61,995 bases of DNA from Basidiobolus meristosporus CBS 931.73 (GCA_002104905.1 MCFE01000525.1:1-61995), one strand, 5' to 3'. Shown: positions 24,446-36,707, counted from the stretch's first letter. Notes: generated from the sequence alone by a model not told the origin. Made by a program: numbers and translations.

Positions 24446-24492
24446 AAAGGTGGATGTGAGTGGTGGCAGGAAGACTGCGGGTGATCTGATGA

Positions 24493-27400
24493 TCAAGCCA
24501 GTGCGATCTCTACAGGGGGCGCAGGACGGACCTGTTTGAAGGCCCGTTGTTTGACCCCTCCTTTCACCGGGAGTCGAGTATTGCCCACCAGGAAGTCGTC
24601 CACCTCACGGGCCGCCTCTCGGCCTTCATTGATCCCCCAAACAATCAAACTCTGACCACGTCGGCAGTCTCCGGCTGCGAAAACCCCGGGAAGGCTGGTA
24701 CCGTACTTCCCGACCGAGGTTTCGATCGTGGTGTTCCGGTTCGTGCGAAGGTCCAGACTCTGGATCAGCTTCTCCTCAGGCCCGAGGAAGCCCATAGACA
24801 GGAGGACCAGGTCAGCCGGGAAGAACTGCTCGCTTCCGGGGACTTCCTCCATCTTCCACCGGCCCTCGTCGTCTTTGGCCCACGCCACCTTCACGGTGTT
24901 GATCCCTTTCACGCGGCCGTTACCGTCGGAGACGAACTCCTTCGATAGGATACAGTACTCCCGAGGGTCTTTACCGTACTGCAATTGCACCTCGGAATGA
25001 CCGTAATCGACCTTGAACACCCGTGGGAATTGTGGCCATGGGTTGTCTTTGGCCCGCTGAGCGGGTGGTTGCGGAAGGAGCTCGAAGTTGGTGATGGACA
25101 AGGCACCATGTCGAGCCGAAGTCCCGATACAGTCGCATCCAGTATCGCCACCGCCGATCACGACAACATGTTTTCCCTTGGCATCGATGTACTTCTTGTT
25201 CTCTAGATTCGAGTCGAGTAGACTTTGGGTGTTCATCTGCAGGAACTCCATGGCAAAGTGGATCCCATCCAAGTGTCGATTAGGGATGGGCAGGTCTCGT
25301 GGCCAGGTGGCACCGGTAGCCAGCAACACCGCGTCATTACTTTGCCGGATTTCATGGGCATCCACATTGACCCCGACATTCGCATTCGGAACAAAAGTGA
25401 TCCCTTCGGCAGCCAGGAGGTCAAGACGGCGCTGGACCACCTTCTTGTCAAGCTTCATATTGGGGATACCATACATTAAAAGGCCGCCCATACGATCGTT
25501 TCTATCGTACACGGTGACCGTGTGGCCTGCCTTATTAAGCTGGTCAGCAGCAGCAAGACCAGCAGGACCGGATCCGATGATGGCAACCTTCTTGCCCGAG
25601 CGGCTGGAGGGGGGTCTAGGAACTATCCACCCCTTCTCAAAACCACGATCAATTATAGCTGCTTCTATGCTCTTGATGCTGACAGGTTTTTCGTTGATCC
25701 CTAGCACACATGCCCCCTCACAAGGAGCAGGGCAAACTCGGCCGGTGAATTCGGGGAAGTTGTTGGTCATCATCAACCTATCCAGAGCGTCCTTCCACTG
25801 GTCTTGGAATACCAACTCATTCCACTTGGGAATGATGTTACCAATGGGACAGCCACTGTCAGATTGGCAGAATGGAACCCCGCAATCCATACAACGAGCT
25901 GCTTGGGTGCGAAGCTCATCCTTTGTCAGGCGATTGTTCACCTCCTTCCAATCCTTGAGCCTCTTTTGAGGGCTACGATAAACATCGCCTCTTCTCTTGT
26001 ACTTCATGAACCCTTTGAGTTTATCCAGGTTGGCGACTCGTTTCTTTTGAGCCTCCTCATCGAAAGCTGCATCCTCAATATCCATGATGGTTGGCTCGTG
26101 TGCCCGGGGTGGATGAATGTCAAGCTCCTCTACACTCTGCAGAAGTTTCTGGTCGATTCTCTCCTGTTGTTGGCGTTGCTCCAACTGCTTCTGCTCCTCC
26201 AGCGCCTTCTTGTAGTCAACGGGCATCACGCGAACAAACTTCGGAAGAATTTGGGCGAAATTCTTTAGAACACGATCCGCCACACCAGAGCCAGTAAAGT
26301 AAAGATGATCCTCAATGGTGCTCCTCAGGAACTTGATCTCCTCGGCATCATTTACAGTCTCGAGATCAACCATCTCGGAATTACATTTTTGCTTGAAGTC
26401 CCCATCTACGTCGAGGACGTAAGCAATACCACCACTCATGCCAGCAGCGAAATTACGTCCTGTAGCTCCCAAAATGATCACTCGGCCACCAGTCATGTAT
26501 TCACAACCATGATCGCCTAGCCCTTCAACCACGGCGGTGGCACCAGAGTTACGGACGCAGAATCTCTCAGCAGCGATACCTCGAATGAAGACTCTGCCAC
26601 CAGTAGCGCCATAGAGGCACACATTGCCCACAATCACGTTTTCCTCGGGCTTGAAGGAGGAATTGGATGGCGGATAGATAACAACGCACCCTCCCGAAAG
26701 ACCCTTACCAACGTAATCGTTTGAATCACCCTCCAGCTCCAGGGTGACTCCAGGAGCCAAGAAGGCGCCGAAACTTTGACCGGCCGAGCCGGTCAACTTC
26801 ACATGGACCGTACCATCTGGCAAACCTTTCTCGCCATACCGCTTGGAAATTTGATAGCTGAGAGTGGCACCCACTGCACGATCAGTATTCACCACCTTTC
26901 CTTCGATATAGACAGAGTCTCCATCGGTTAACGCAGGTTCGGCTTCAAAGATCAGCTTGTTGTCAAGACGCACATGCAGCATATGATCTTGCTTGCGAGT
27001 GTTCACAGTGTCAACACCCTTGCGCAATTCATGAGCAGGGATGAGGATGGGCGATAGATCGAGATTCTTTGTCTTGAAGTTCTTGACAGCCTCATTCACT
27101 TTCAGGCACTCAACGTGGCCCACCATTTCGGTGATTGTACGGAAACCAAGTTTAGCCATGATCTCCCGTAACTCCTCTGCAACGTAGTAGAAGAAATTGA
27201 TGACGTGCTCAGGACTACCTTCGAACTTCTTCCGGAGCTCAGGGTCTTGGGTGGCAATACCGACTGGACATGTATTAAGGTGGCACTTGCGCATCATAAT
27301 GCATCCCATAGCAATAAGAGGGGTGGTAGCAAAGCCCCACTCTTCAGCACCTAGCAGACATGCAATGGCCACATCACGCCCGGTTTTGATTTGTCCATCC

Positions 27401-30400
27401 GTCTGTACTACGACGCGACCTCGTAGATCATTCAAAACCAGGGTTTGATGTGTTTCAGCAAGTCCTAGCTCCCAGGGAAGACCTGCATATCGAATACCAG
27501 TCCAACGACTGGCACCGGTACCACCATCATGACCTGAGATCAAAATATGATCGGCTTTGGCCTTGGCAACACCAGCGGCAACGATACCAACACCAACCTC
27601 CGATACCAATTTCACCGAAACCCTGGCGCGAGGGTTGGAGCATTTCAGGTCGTAGATGAGTTGCTTTAGATCTTCGATTGAGTAGATATCGTGGTGGGGA
27701 GGTGGCGAAATCAGCCCGACACCCGGGGTTGATTTTCTTGTTTTGGCAATATTGCCGCTAACTTTGTGCCCTGGTAGTTCACCACCTTCACCGGGCTTGG
27801 CACCTTGGGCCATCTTGATCTGGAGCTCGTCGGAGTCGGACAAATAATACGATGTAACACCGAATCGTCCAGAAGCAACCTGCTTGATAGCCGAACGCAA
27901 CAGGTCACCATTCGACTGGGTTTGGGAACGTTCTGGGTCCTCACCACCTTCACCGGTATTACTCTTGCCACCCAATTTATTCATGGCAATAGCAAGTGAG
28001 GAGTGTGCCTCATACGAAATAGAGCCGTAGCTCATGGCTCCCGTACAGAATCGTTTGACGATCTCTGTCCAAGGTTCTACCTCCTCAATAGGGATTCCTT
28101 TCTTGTTCGAAAAGTCGAAATCAAGCATCCCACGGAGAGTGCAGTTCTTAATCGCCTCGTAGGATTTGGCAGAGTATTCTCGGTATGCGTTTGTGTTTTT
28201 CGTACGGACCGCATCCTGAAGATTGGCAACAGCAGCAGGCTCATTAATGTGAGCTTCGCCACCAACTCTCCAATGATACTCACCAGCCTCGGGTAGCCCT
28301 TTTTGAGTAACCGTTTCCCTGCTAGGGAAACCTCTCTCATGCAATTCAATAGCGTCCATGGCCAGTAACTCAAATCCTACACCTTTGATTCTGCTTGCGG
28401 TACCAGCGAAGCACCTGTCGACCACGGCGTTGTCAACACCCAGGGCTTCAAATATTTGTGCGCCTTTGTAGCTTTGTAGGGTAGATATGCCCATTTTGGA
28501 CATCACCTTCAGAATCCCGTCATTGCAAGCTTTACGATAATTGTATACAATGCTCTCGTCGGTAATTTTTTCCCTTAGAGCATTCTCCCTACGCAGCTTG
28601 AGCATTGCGTCAATAGCAAGATAAGGACAAATAGCATCAGCGCCATAGCCTAGCAGAACGCACAAGTGATGGACTTCTCTGGCTTCTCCAGTTTCCACCA
28701 TCAAGGCCACCTTAGATCTCTGCTTGTTGCGAACCAAGTGATGATGAACTCCTCCGCACGCTATCAATGCGCTGATTGGGACACGAGTCGGCCCGATGTT
28801 TTTATCGGAGAGAATAACAATCTTGTACCCTTCGGCAATGCACTGGGAAACCTCTTCACATATGCGCTCCAGACCCATGGTGTACCCATTTACCCCCTCA
28901 CTCTTCTCGAACGTGATATCGATAGTAGATACACGCCAGTCTTTGTTGTAAGCATTTATCTCCTTGATGGCGTTGAATGCTTCTATGGATAGGATTGGGG
29001 ATGGCAGACAAAGCTTTCGGCACTGGCTTTCGTTCATTTCGAGAATGTTTCCTTCGGGGCCAACATAGCACTCAAGTGACATCACGATATTCTCTCGAAT
29101 AGGGTCAATGGGAGGATTGGTGACTTGAGCGAATAACTGTCTGAAATAGTCGTACACCGAGCGAGGTTGATTAGATAAGCAGGCCAATGCGGTATCATTC
29201 CCCATGGATCCTAAGGCCTCCTTTCCATCTCGCATCATTGGTGTCATCAGCAGATTCAATTGTTCAAAGGTTAAGCCGAACGCCAACGCCTTAGGGTCCT
29301 CCGCAATTCGAACATTGTCAGGCTCATAGCTTCTCCAGGTTCCATTATCATTAGACCACTCTTTCAATGATTCGAGTGTGAGCATGTTCTCGGCGGTCCA
29401 TTTGGCGAAATCATTACGGCCAGCCACCTTCATTTTCAGTTCCTCATCGTCCACAACCCGACCTTCAAGTGTGTCAACCAGTAGCATTTTTCCTGGCTGG
29501 AGTCTTCCCTTGAAGAGGATATCTTCCGGATTTATTTCGATGGTTCCGACCTCACTGGCGCATATCATCCGCTCATCCTTGGTGATATAGTAACGGCATG
29601 GACGAAGCCCATTTCGGTCAAGATTTGCGCCACAGTAACGACCATCCGAAAAAGTGAAAAGAGCCGGTCCATCCCAAGGCTCCATCAAGCAGGCAGCCCA
29701 TTCATAAAATGCCCGCTTTTCTGGCGCAATATACGGATTGTTTTGCCATGCCTCGGGTACCATCATCATCACAGCCTCAGGGAGGGAGAGCACGCCGTTG
29801 ATAACCAATAATTCGAGGACATTATCGAACGCTGCAGAATCGGAGCCACCTTCCTCGATGATGGGATATAGCTTTTCCAAATCCAGGCCGAATTTTTCAC
29901 TCTTCATGATGCCCTCTCTAGCACGCATCCAGTTCTTGTTTCCACGTAGTGTATTGATTTCACCGTTATGAGCACACCAGCGCATGGGCTGAGCTCTATC
30001 CCAACTCGGGAAGGTATTGGTGGAGAACCGGGAGTGCACAAGAGCAAAATGACTAGAGTACGCCACGTTGTTGAGATCGTAGTAGTAGCTGTACACCTGG
30101 GATGGAGAAAGTTGGCCTTTATAGACAATGTTCTTGCTTGACAAGGAGCAGATGTAGAACCACTTCTCGTAGGAGATCGCATGTGTCGCACTCTTGCGCA
30201 ACACATAAAGCTGCCTCTCAAAGTACGCTGGATCGAACTCCTCCCTGTTCAAGACTACAAATGGCTGCATCACGACAGGCTCCCTGGATTTTGCGCTGGG
30301 TCCGAGAATGGTATTATCACAAGGCACTTTTCGCCAGCCCAACACTTTCAAATCGTGCTCGAGGGCGACCTGCTCAAAGGTCCGTAGACTGTCATTTCGA

Positions 30401-30753
30401 ATCTCCTCGTCCGGGTGGAAAAAAAGGTTTCCTACGGCGTAATGGCCGCATTCAGGTAGTTCAATTCTCAGATCGCGAGTGGTTTCATTGATAAAGAATT
30501 GGTGAGGGATTCCGGTCATCACACCAGCTCCATCACCATCCCTGACATCGGAACCAACTGCACCACGATGAGTCATGTTACACAATACTGGTTTGGCATC
30601 TTTAACGATTTTGTGACTGGCAACCCCTTTGATTTGAACAATGAAGCCAACTCCACAAGCATCTTTCTCAAAATCGGGATTGTATAAGCCTTTGGCTTCG
30701 GGGATAGCGCCAGCCCAGGTGCAGTTACGGCTATTGGTGGTAGGTGTAGACAT
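24493..30753 (-). CDS. GLT1: NADH-dependent glutamate synthase (eukaryotic fused alpha/beta GOGAT), 2086 aa, intronless
   Basis: N-terminal KDACGVGF (catalytic Cys), HSRFSTNTFPSW, QGAKPGEGG, Fe-S motif CIMMRKCHLNTCPVG, beta-subunit RCMDCGVPFC, and FAD/NADH motifs IIGSGPAG and VIGGGDTG. Confidence 0.98.
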   Translation of the reverse strand: MSTPTTNSRNCTWAGAIPEAKGLYNPDFEKDACGVGFIVQIKGVASHKIVKDAKPVLCNMTHRGAVGSDVRDGDGAGVMTGIPHQFFINETTRDLRIELPECGHYAVGNLFFHPDEEIRNDSLRTFEQVALEHDLKVLGWRKVPCDNTILGPSAKSREPVVMQPFVVLNREEFDPAYFERQLYVLRKSATHAISYEKWFYICSLSSKNIVYKGQLSPSQVYSYYYDLNNVAYSSHFALVHSRFSTNTFPSWDRAQPMRWCAHNGEINTLRGNKNWMRAREGIMKSEKFGLDLEKLYPIIEEGGSDSAAFDNVLELLVINGVLSLPEAVMMMVPEAWQNNPYIAPEKRAFYEWAACLMEPWDGPALFTFSDGRYCGANLDRNGLRPCRYYITKDERMICASEVGTIEINPEDILFKGRLQPGKMLLVDTLEGRVVDDEELKMKVAGRNDFAKWTAENMLTLESLKEWSNDNGTWRSYEPDNVRIAEDPKALAFGLTFEQLNLLMTPMMRDGKEALGSMGNDTALACLSNQPRSVYDYFRQLFAQVTNPPIDPIRENIVMSLECYVGPEGNILEMNESQCRKLCLPSPILSIEAFNAIKEINAYNKDWRVSTIDITFEKSEGVNGYTMGLERICEEVSQCIAEGYKIVILSDKNIGPTRVPISALIACGGVHHHLVRNKQRSKVALMVETGEAREVHHLCVLLGYGADAICPYLAIDAMLKLRRENALREKITDESIVYNYRKACNDGILKVMSKMGISTLQSYKGAQIFEALGVDNAVVDRCFAGTASRIKGVGFELLAMDAIELHERGFPSRETVTQKGLPEAGEYHWRVGGEAHINEPAAVANLQDAVRTKNTNAYREYSAKSYEAIKNCTLRGMLDFDFSNKKGIPIEEVEPWTEIVKRFCTGAMSYGSISYEAHSSLAIAMNKLGGKSNTGEGGEDPERSQTQSNGDLLRSAIKQVASGRFGVTSYYLSDSDELQIKMAQGAKPGEGGELPGHKVSGNIAKTRKSTPGVGLISPPPHHDIYSIEDLKQLIYDLKCSNPRARVSVKLVSEVGVGIVAAGVAKAKADHILISGHDGGTGASRWTGIRYAGLPWELGLAETHQTLVLNDLRGRVVVQTDGQIKTGRDVAIACLLGAEEWGFATTPLIAMGCIMMRKCHLNTCPVGIATQDPELRKKFEGSPEHVINFFYYVAEELREIMAKLGFRTITEMVGHVECLKVNEAVKNFKTKNLDLSPILIPAHELRKGVDTVNTRKQDHMLHVRLDNKLIFEAEPALTDGDSVYIEGKVVNTDRAVGATLSYQISKRYGEKGLPDGTVHVKLTGSAGQSFGAFLAPGVTLELEGDSNDYVGKGLSGGCVVIYPPSNSSFKPEENVIVGNVCLYGATGGRVFIRGIAAERFCVRNSGATAVVEGLGDHGCEYMTGGRVIILGATGRNFAAGMSGGIAYVLDVDGDFKQKCNSEMVDLETVNDAEEIKFLRSTIEDHLYFTGSGVADRVLKNFAQILPKFVRVMPVDYKKALEEQKQLEQRQQQERIDQKLLQSVEELDIHPPRAHEPTIMDIEDAAFDEEAQKKRVANLDKLKGFMKYKRRGDVYRSPQKRLKDWKEVNNRLTKDELRTQAARCMDCGVPFCQSDSGCPIGNIIPKWNELVFQDQWKDALDRLMMTNNFPEFTGRVCPAPCEGACVLGINEKPVSIKSIEAAIIDRGFEKGWIVPRPPSSRSGKKVAIIGSGPAGLAAADQLNKAGHTVTVYDRNDRMGGLLMYGIPNMKLDKKVVQRRLDLLAAEGITFVPNANVGVNVDAHEIRQSNDAVLLATGATWPRDLPIPNRHLDGIHFAMEFLQMNTQSLLDSNLENKKYIDAKGKHVVVIGGGDTGCDCIGTSARHGALSITNFELLPQPPAQRAKDNPWPQFPRVFKVDYGHSEVQLQYGKDPREYCILSKEFVSDGNGRVKGINTVKVAWAKDDEGRWKMEEVPGSEQFFPADLVLLSMGFLGPEEKLIQSLDLRTNRNTTIETSVGKYGTSLPGVFAAGDCRRGQSLIVWGINEGREAAREVDDFLVGNTRLPVKGGVKQRAFKQVRPAPPVEIALA

Positions 30754-32599
30754 AGGAATTATATACGACTTATGTAATCAAAAGGAAGTGTCCGTGTATC
30801 GGAAGAAATAAAGATGTATGAATGTTATTACAGTGTTGAGAATTGAAGGACCGATGTGAATCAGGAAGCCAGGGAGCACTCCTTTTATACTTTAGGTTAT
30901 CTAACACGAATCAGGTCTCGCTGTACATGTGAAGACCGATTGGGCTGCTCTTTACTATAAATGCAGTGTTTGGACTATCGATCAAATGATTCGATGCCTC
31001 CGAATATGAGACATTTGTTTTGTAGGTGACTTGAAATGAGCGTTGATACAGGGGCATCACTCTCTCCAATATACGGGAAAAGTCGATTAGTACATTAGGC
31101 AATATAGAAAAAGGGAGGGGAATTGCACCGGGATGTACTGATTTGAGAAGGTTGTATATGGCCGGAATCATGCGAAACACGAACAGAACTCAGATTTTTG
31201 AAAATCATATGACTGCGTAACGGCAAGTCATTGGTAATCTTATCTCATCCAGCATGTTATTTATCCGGAGTACGGTTACTACAGGAGAAAACCGGGCGCC
31301 AGCTCCATGAGTGTTCTACATCACCACCGCTCGCTTTCACGAGTGATAACGAAGTTCAAATTCTCATCCAGTTACACACGGGCCTTTTAGGAAAAGGGAA
31401 GGCAATCACTTGAACGATAACACTCCAGGTAGCGTGCCACAAGGCCCTTTTCCAAACAGGATCGAAGGAAGTAATCCCTCTTACGACGGTGGAGAGTGGA
31501 GGCCACAGACTGCTACAAACGAGGTATTGGTAGCGATCGTGCATGATCATACGGCTGAAGTGGCGAGCGGTAGTGACTGGGCACCGGGCCATTTGACGGG
31601 ATAAATTACTGACCATGCCCTTGTGAATGGACGCATTGGCAATTGCGCTGACAACTAGGAATTTTCAGGACCACATTGGGTGCCTATCCACATGACTTGC
31701 AACAACGGATCATACTGGCTAGTAGCTTGAGGCATTTGCATTATCAACCCCGATCATTATCTAGCACATCTATGTCTCTCAACCCCGCTATTGCAAGCTT
31801 TGATAATACCTTGTCATTACACATCTCAAACAGTATTGCAAGTCAGTGGAGTTCCTGCATACGTCACATTCCCAAGACTCGTCCATATGGACCAGCAACT
31901 CCCCATGTGCTCTGGAAACTCCTTTTTCCCTCATAGAGAGGGCTCCTGCTTGCACATACTGGCATAACGATCGAGCTCCCATCCACATGCTCGCACTACC
32001 CAAGCCTGAAAAGCTTAATTGTCTGGAGCTCCCCTTATCTTTCCTATCGTTCCCCGCATTCAACAACCCTAAAGTGCAACACCAATCTGATTACGGTTAG
32101 ATCCCCTTATCCGATTATGTGAACAATGTCACATTACCCTTTTTCATTAACAGCGCCATATTTGGCAATTAGAAGGGAATTTTCGGGCTGATAAAGTGTG
32201 AAAATCATCATCACGATATCATGTGAGTGCCATGAGTCATGCTGCACTCTCAGCCGACCAAACTCCCGAAAGTCAAAACGCTATTCCAGTTACTAAGCGT
32301 TATTGGATCTCACATGAAGCCCTGGGAGCACTGGTGCGAGACAGTTCGGGTGGATTGGAGACCGGGTGGGTCAGGTGACACCTTTTCGAAATATAAGCCA
32401 TCAGCAATCTCGATGCTTGCCTGGGTTGTGATTAAACTGTGATTAGGTTATTACTAGATTTCGCATCAAAACAATTTCGTCATGACATATGGATTTCTAG
32501 GAACGTCACTGGTGGATTTCATGAACCCTATATTGGGCTTGTCAAACGCTTTCAGCACCTTTGAAGTCAACACCTAGGTTTAGCTGTTCAACGTCTGAC

Positions 32600-35521
32600 A
32601 TGGAGTTCGACAAGCCGAAAAGTCGATACGCTCCTACGCGAAATCTACCGGTAGATTCCTATTCGGATTACGAAGAGGAGCCCAAAATCCACAAGCCTCC
32701 TCAACTGTACAATTCTTCGGTACGTCCCAGTAACCTATCGTGCACCCAAGTTTCATCATTTGACCTTGACCTTTACATAGACGCAGGGGAAATGGTACCA
32801 TAATACAAACTTAGTGAACACAGTCATCTTGACACTTCTGTCGCTCTTCACGCGTTTGTTTATGATCTCTTGGTCCAACGTTGTAGTCTGGGATGAGGTA
32901 TTGTCGCTCATACGTCCTTCCTCAGTGATACATGTTGCTAACCGGTATATCATCTTGATTCAGGCACATTTCGGGAAGGTAGAAACCTTTACATGTCGAA
33001 AGGTACACGCCCAGCAAAACCCTAACACCCCTGTTTCCCTGTAGTTTGGCTCCTACTATTTGAAGCGACAATTCTATCATGATGTACATCCCCCGTTAGG
33101 AAAGATGCTCGTCGCTTTAGGGGGACTAATATCTGGATACGATGGATCGTTCGAATTTAAATCGGGTGAGGTTTATCCTGGCAACCTACACTACGGTGTG
33201 ATGCGCTCTTTTACGGCCTTATTTGGTGTCGTTATGGTTCCCCTAGCCTATCTTACTGCAATCGAATTCAAATTCAGCAAGAAGGCAGCCTTTTTGTCGG
33301 CATTGATGGTTCTTCTGGGTACTCAATGATTCTTCGATGCCCTTACTCAAGTGATTCCAGTGTTAACTCGGCTGCTTCACTTAGATATCGCTTATCTTGC
33401 CATCAGCCGTTTCATACTTTTGGATTCCATGCTTTTGTGCTTCACATGTACAACACTTTACTGCTTAGCCTGTTTCCACAATTGCCGTAAAGAGTAATAG
33501 CCAAGAACTCGCTATCCATGAACCCTTGGCTTGAATTGCTGACAGCTTTGTTTAGATCGTTTTCCGCTCGCTGGTGGTTCTGGCTCTTCTTAACTGGCGT
33601 CTCCATTGGCTGTGTCTCCAGGTTAGCCCTATGTAGCCCTTAAGTACCGTCTCTTATGTTACTGATGATGCCCATCTCTTCAGTGTTAAATGGGTCGGCT
33701 TCTTTGCTACAGCTTTGGTTGGATTGGTATATACGCTATTTCCCAAAGATTTTCTTTGAATTCCCCTGGGCTAACCTTTCTTCCCTGCAAGTACACAATT
33801 GAAGATTTGTGGGACAAATTTGGAGAGTATCGCATGCCCAAGGTAATCTCCTTTTTTTGCCAAAGCTCATTCCTGGCTCTCTTGTGATACCAGTGTAGTT
33901 AAGTCTTGTTCTCCATACCTATCCTGCAGATTGTTTACCTTAAGCACTGGGCCGCCCGTATCGCCTGCCTTATCATCCTCCCCATTCTCATATACATGTT
34001 CTGCTTTGTGATCCACTTCGCCATTTTGAACCACAGTGGAACTGGGGACGCCAATATGAGCTCAATTTTCCAAGCCGGGCTTGTCGGAAGCACATTGAAT
34101 GAAGCGCCCCTCGGTAAGTGTAAAGCCATCTACGACGATGAATCCGTCGCAGAGTTCTGACGCTTTGGTGCTATTCATGCAGAGGTCGCCTACGGATCCA
34201 GGATCACTCTGAAGAACAATGGTTATGGTGGAGGCTTGCTTCATTCGCACGTGCAGATCTTCCCCGAGGGTTCACAGCAACAACAGGTTACGGCATATCA
34301 TCACAGAGATGAAAACAACGAGTGGATCGTTAAACCAACCCGGGAAGCCCCATTGAGCGAAGAGATCGAATTCCTTAAAAACGGCGATGTCATCCGCTTG
34401 GTCCATGCATCTACCCAGAAGAACCTGCACAGTCACCAGATCAAGGCGCCAATGACGAAGGCGGACTGGGAAGTTAGTTGCTATGGCAACGAGACGGTTG
34501 GTGATTCAAACGACTATTGGAAGGTGGAGATTGTCGATGATTACTATGAAAAGAATGTCCCGCACGTTCGAACCCTGACAACCCATATCCGGCTCCGTCA
34601 CCTACCTACCGGGTGTCTTCTGAAATCCCACAACGTCCCGCTCCCGGCCTGGGGCTTCAAACAGGCGGAAGTCACCTGTGATCACACCACTGACGCCAAT
34701 CATCCCAACCTACTTTGGAACGTTGAAAATCACTGGAACGAAAATCGTAAGTGGTATCGACAAGAGCTTGCTGCCCACGATATGAGCTAACTCTCTTCCA
34801 GTGACCCTGGCTCCACCCGTGCATTTCAAGTCCAAATTCCTAAAGGATTTCTGGCATCTCAATGTTGCCATGTGGAATACCAACAACGCATTGGTGCCTG
34901 ATCCAGACAAGTACGATCACCTTGCCTCCGAGCCTCATCAATGGCCAATCCTCTCAGTGGCGCTGCGCATGTGCTCCTGGGCAGATGATGCGGTCAAATT
35001 CTTCTTGGTGGGACATCCCATTGTATGGTGGTCTAGCACGCTTTCGTTGCTTGCTTTTGCTACGATCGTCTTCGTATCACACATTCGCGTGACCCGTGGA
35101 TACAATGATTGGAGACCAGGTAGGGTTGAGCAGAGATATGCTGAGTACAAGTAATGCACCAACTAACTACGCCGATCAACCGGTGATTTCTTTAGGGGAA
35201 TGGGACCATTTCTTCAGTGTTGGGAAAATAATCTTCCTTGGGTGGTTCTTGCATTACATCCCGTTCTACATCATGGGACGAGTCATGTATATCCACCACT
35301 ATTTCCCCGCCCTGTACTTCGCTATTCTGATGGCTGGGCTGGTGATGGACTATGCTACGCGTAGGCAACCAAGTGAGGTTCAGAACCTTGTGTTTGGTGG
35401 GGCCTACTTTATCATCATTGCTGTATTCCTATACTTTGCTCCCTTTGCATTTGGCTTCACTGGGCCGGCCAAAGATATGTCCGGCAGACAGTGGGTTTCC
35501 GGTTGGAAGCTTTACGATTGA
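32600..35521 (+). CDS. PMT2: Dolichyl-phosphate-mannose protein O-mannosyltransferase, PMT2 subfamily; about 10 introns
   Basis: VVWDE..., [20 protein letters not shown] domains (LLHSH, NLHSH) and [13 protein letters not shown] (PMT2-like). GT-AG introns link the exons in frame. Confidence 0.92.
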
Positions 35522-35628
35522 AGCAAGCGCCACAACAGGTATTCGAGTGGGGTTTGGTTTTTATGATGTGTGTGGTACTCACTCGAGCAACCAATAAACT
35601 GAATTAAAGATCATTTATTTCCGAGAAA

Positions 35629-36707
35629 TTACTGCTGCTTTTCCATACTTCTGGGTTTGATCTTAATGGCCGGTCCCTCCCCCGGCTTACGGAAGTTATA
35701 CAGCACTTCGGTGCCCTGGTCGATTTTGGTGGCAAATCGAGCGGCGACATAGAAATAATCACTCAATCGGTTCAGATACTTGCTGACCACGGGGTCGGCA
35801 GATCCTGATTCTACCAAGGGGATAACTGTACGCTCAGCACGGCGAGCCACCTGGCAAAAATGTGTCATGAGCAGGGTGGAAACAAATATCTCCGAGATTG
35901 ATGATCACTTACCGCGCGACATTGATGTAGATGAACGGCGGTCTCGCTCCCCGATGGCAGAATGAACTGTCTTAGAGGTGGCAATAGCTGCCGACAATTC
36001 TGGTTAGTAACAAAAGATAGGAATTGATGAGGCGATATCTACACCAACCTCGTCAAGAGAGTCGATCCATAACTCTAGGTCGTCGACATAGCCTGTATCG
36101 AAATTTGTACGCTCTGAAACGCACAGCAAAATATGAATGATAGAGCTGGGTACTGAACTGTAGTGCGCACCTACCAATCTGTGTCTGGGAAGAACTATTA
36201 CGAGGTGTAGCAATGTTGGATCCGATTTCAAAAAGGCGGCATTGAATCTGGAAGCCTGAAGCATTAGCTGCCAAGTTGCAGTGCAACCCGTAACACGACG
36301 ATGTTTACCTCGGTCAACTGTTCAGTTAACACAGTGTTGCCGGATTTATTTGCGTAGAAGTAGGCAACTCTAGCAATTTTTCATCAGAAGAGCATCCTGT
36401 AAAGAAGGTATCTACCGTGATTCATACCCAATGAAGCAGCATAATTCATCAACAGTCCCCAAAGCATGGAAATATTCGCTTGTCTTTGGGGCGCGGTCAC
36501 CATTGTACAAAGAAGAGGTGCCTAACAACATGGTCTTTATCAGGAGGGCTTCTGGATGCTTGGTGAACATAGAAGCTTACCGTTGTCGCCGGTGCGTGTA
36601 TAGACTCTGGCTTTCTTGGGTCTTCTATTTAACGAGAGCACATGTTAGAAAGGATATATAATACACATGCAAATACCGCTGTTTACTTACTCCGCTTGGT
36701 CTTCCAT
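35629..36707 (-). CDS. MMAB: ATP:cob(I)alamin adenosyltransferase (PduO/MMAB type), multi-exon
   Basis: Spliced N-terminus MEDQAERPKKARVYTRTGDNGTSSLYNG...ALGTVDEL, IQCRLFEIGS, and C-terminal CQVARRAER...YLNRLSDYFYVAAR. Confidence 0.92.

Noticed and set aside
24486-24492. CTGATGA as a hammerhead ribozyme core or snoRNA box
   Set aside because: No matching GAAA or helices found; it simply abuts the GLT1 stop.
24547-30687. Many plus-strand ORFs (e.g. 25088-25969, 293 aa)
   Set aside because: Antisense shadows of the GC-rich GLT1 coding sequence, with no motifs.
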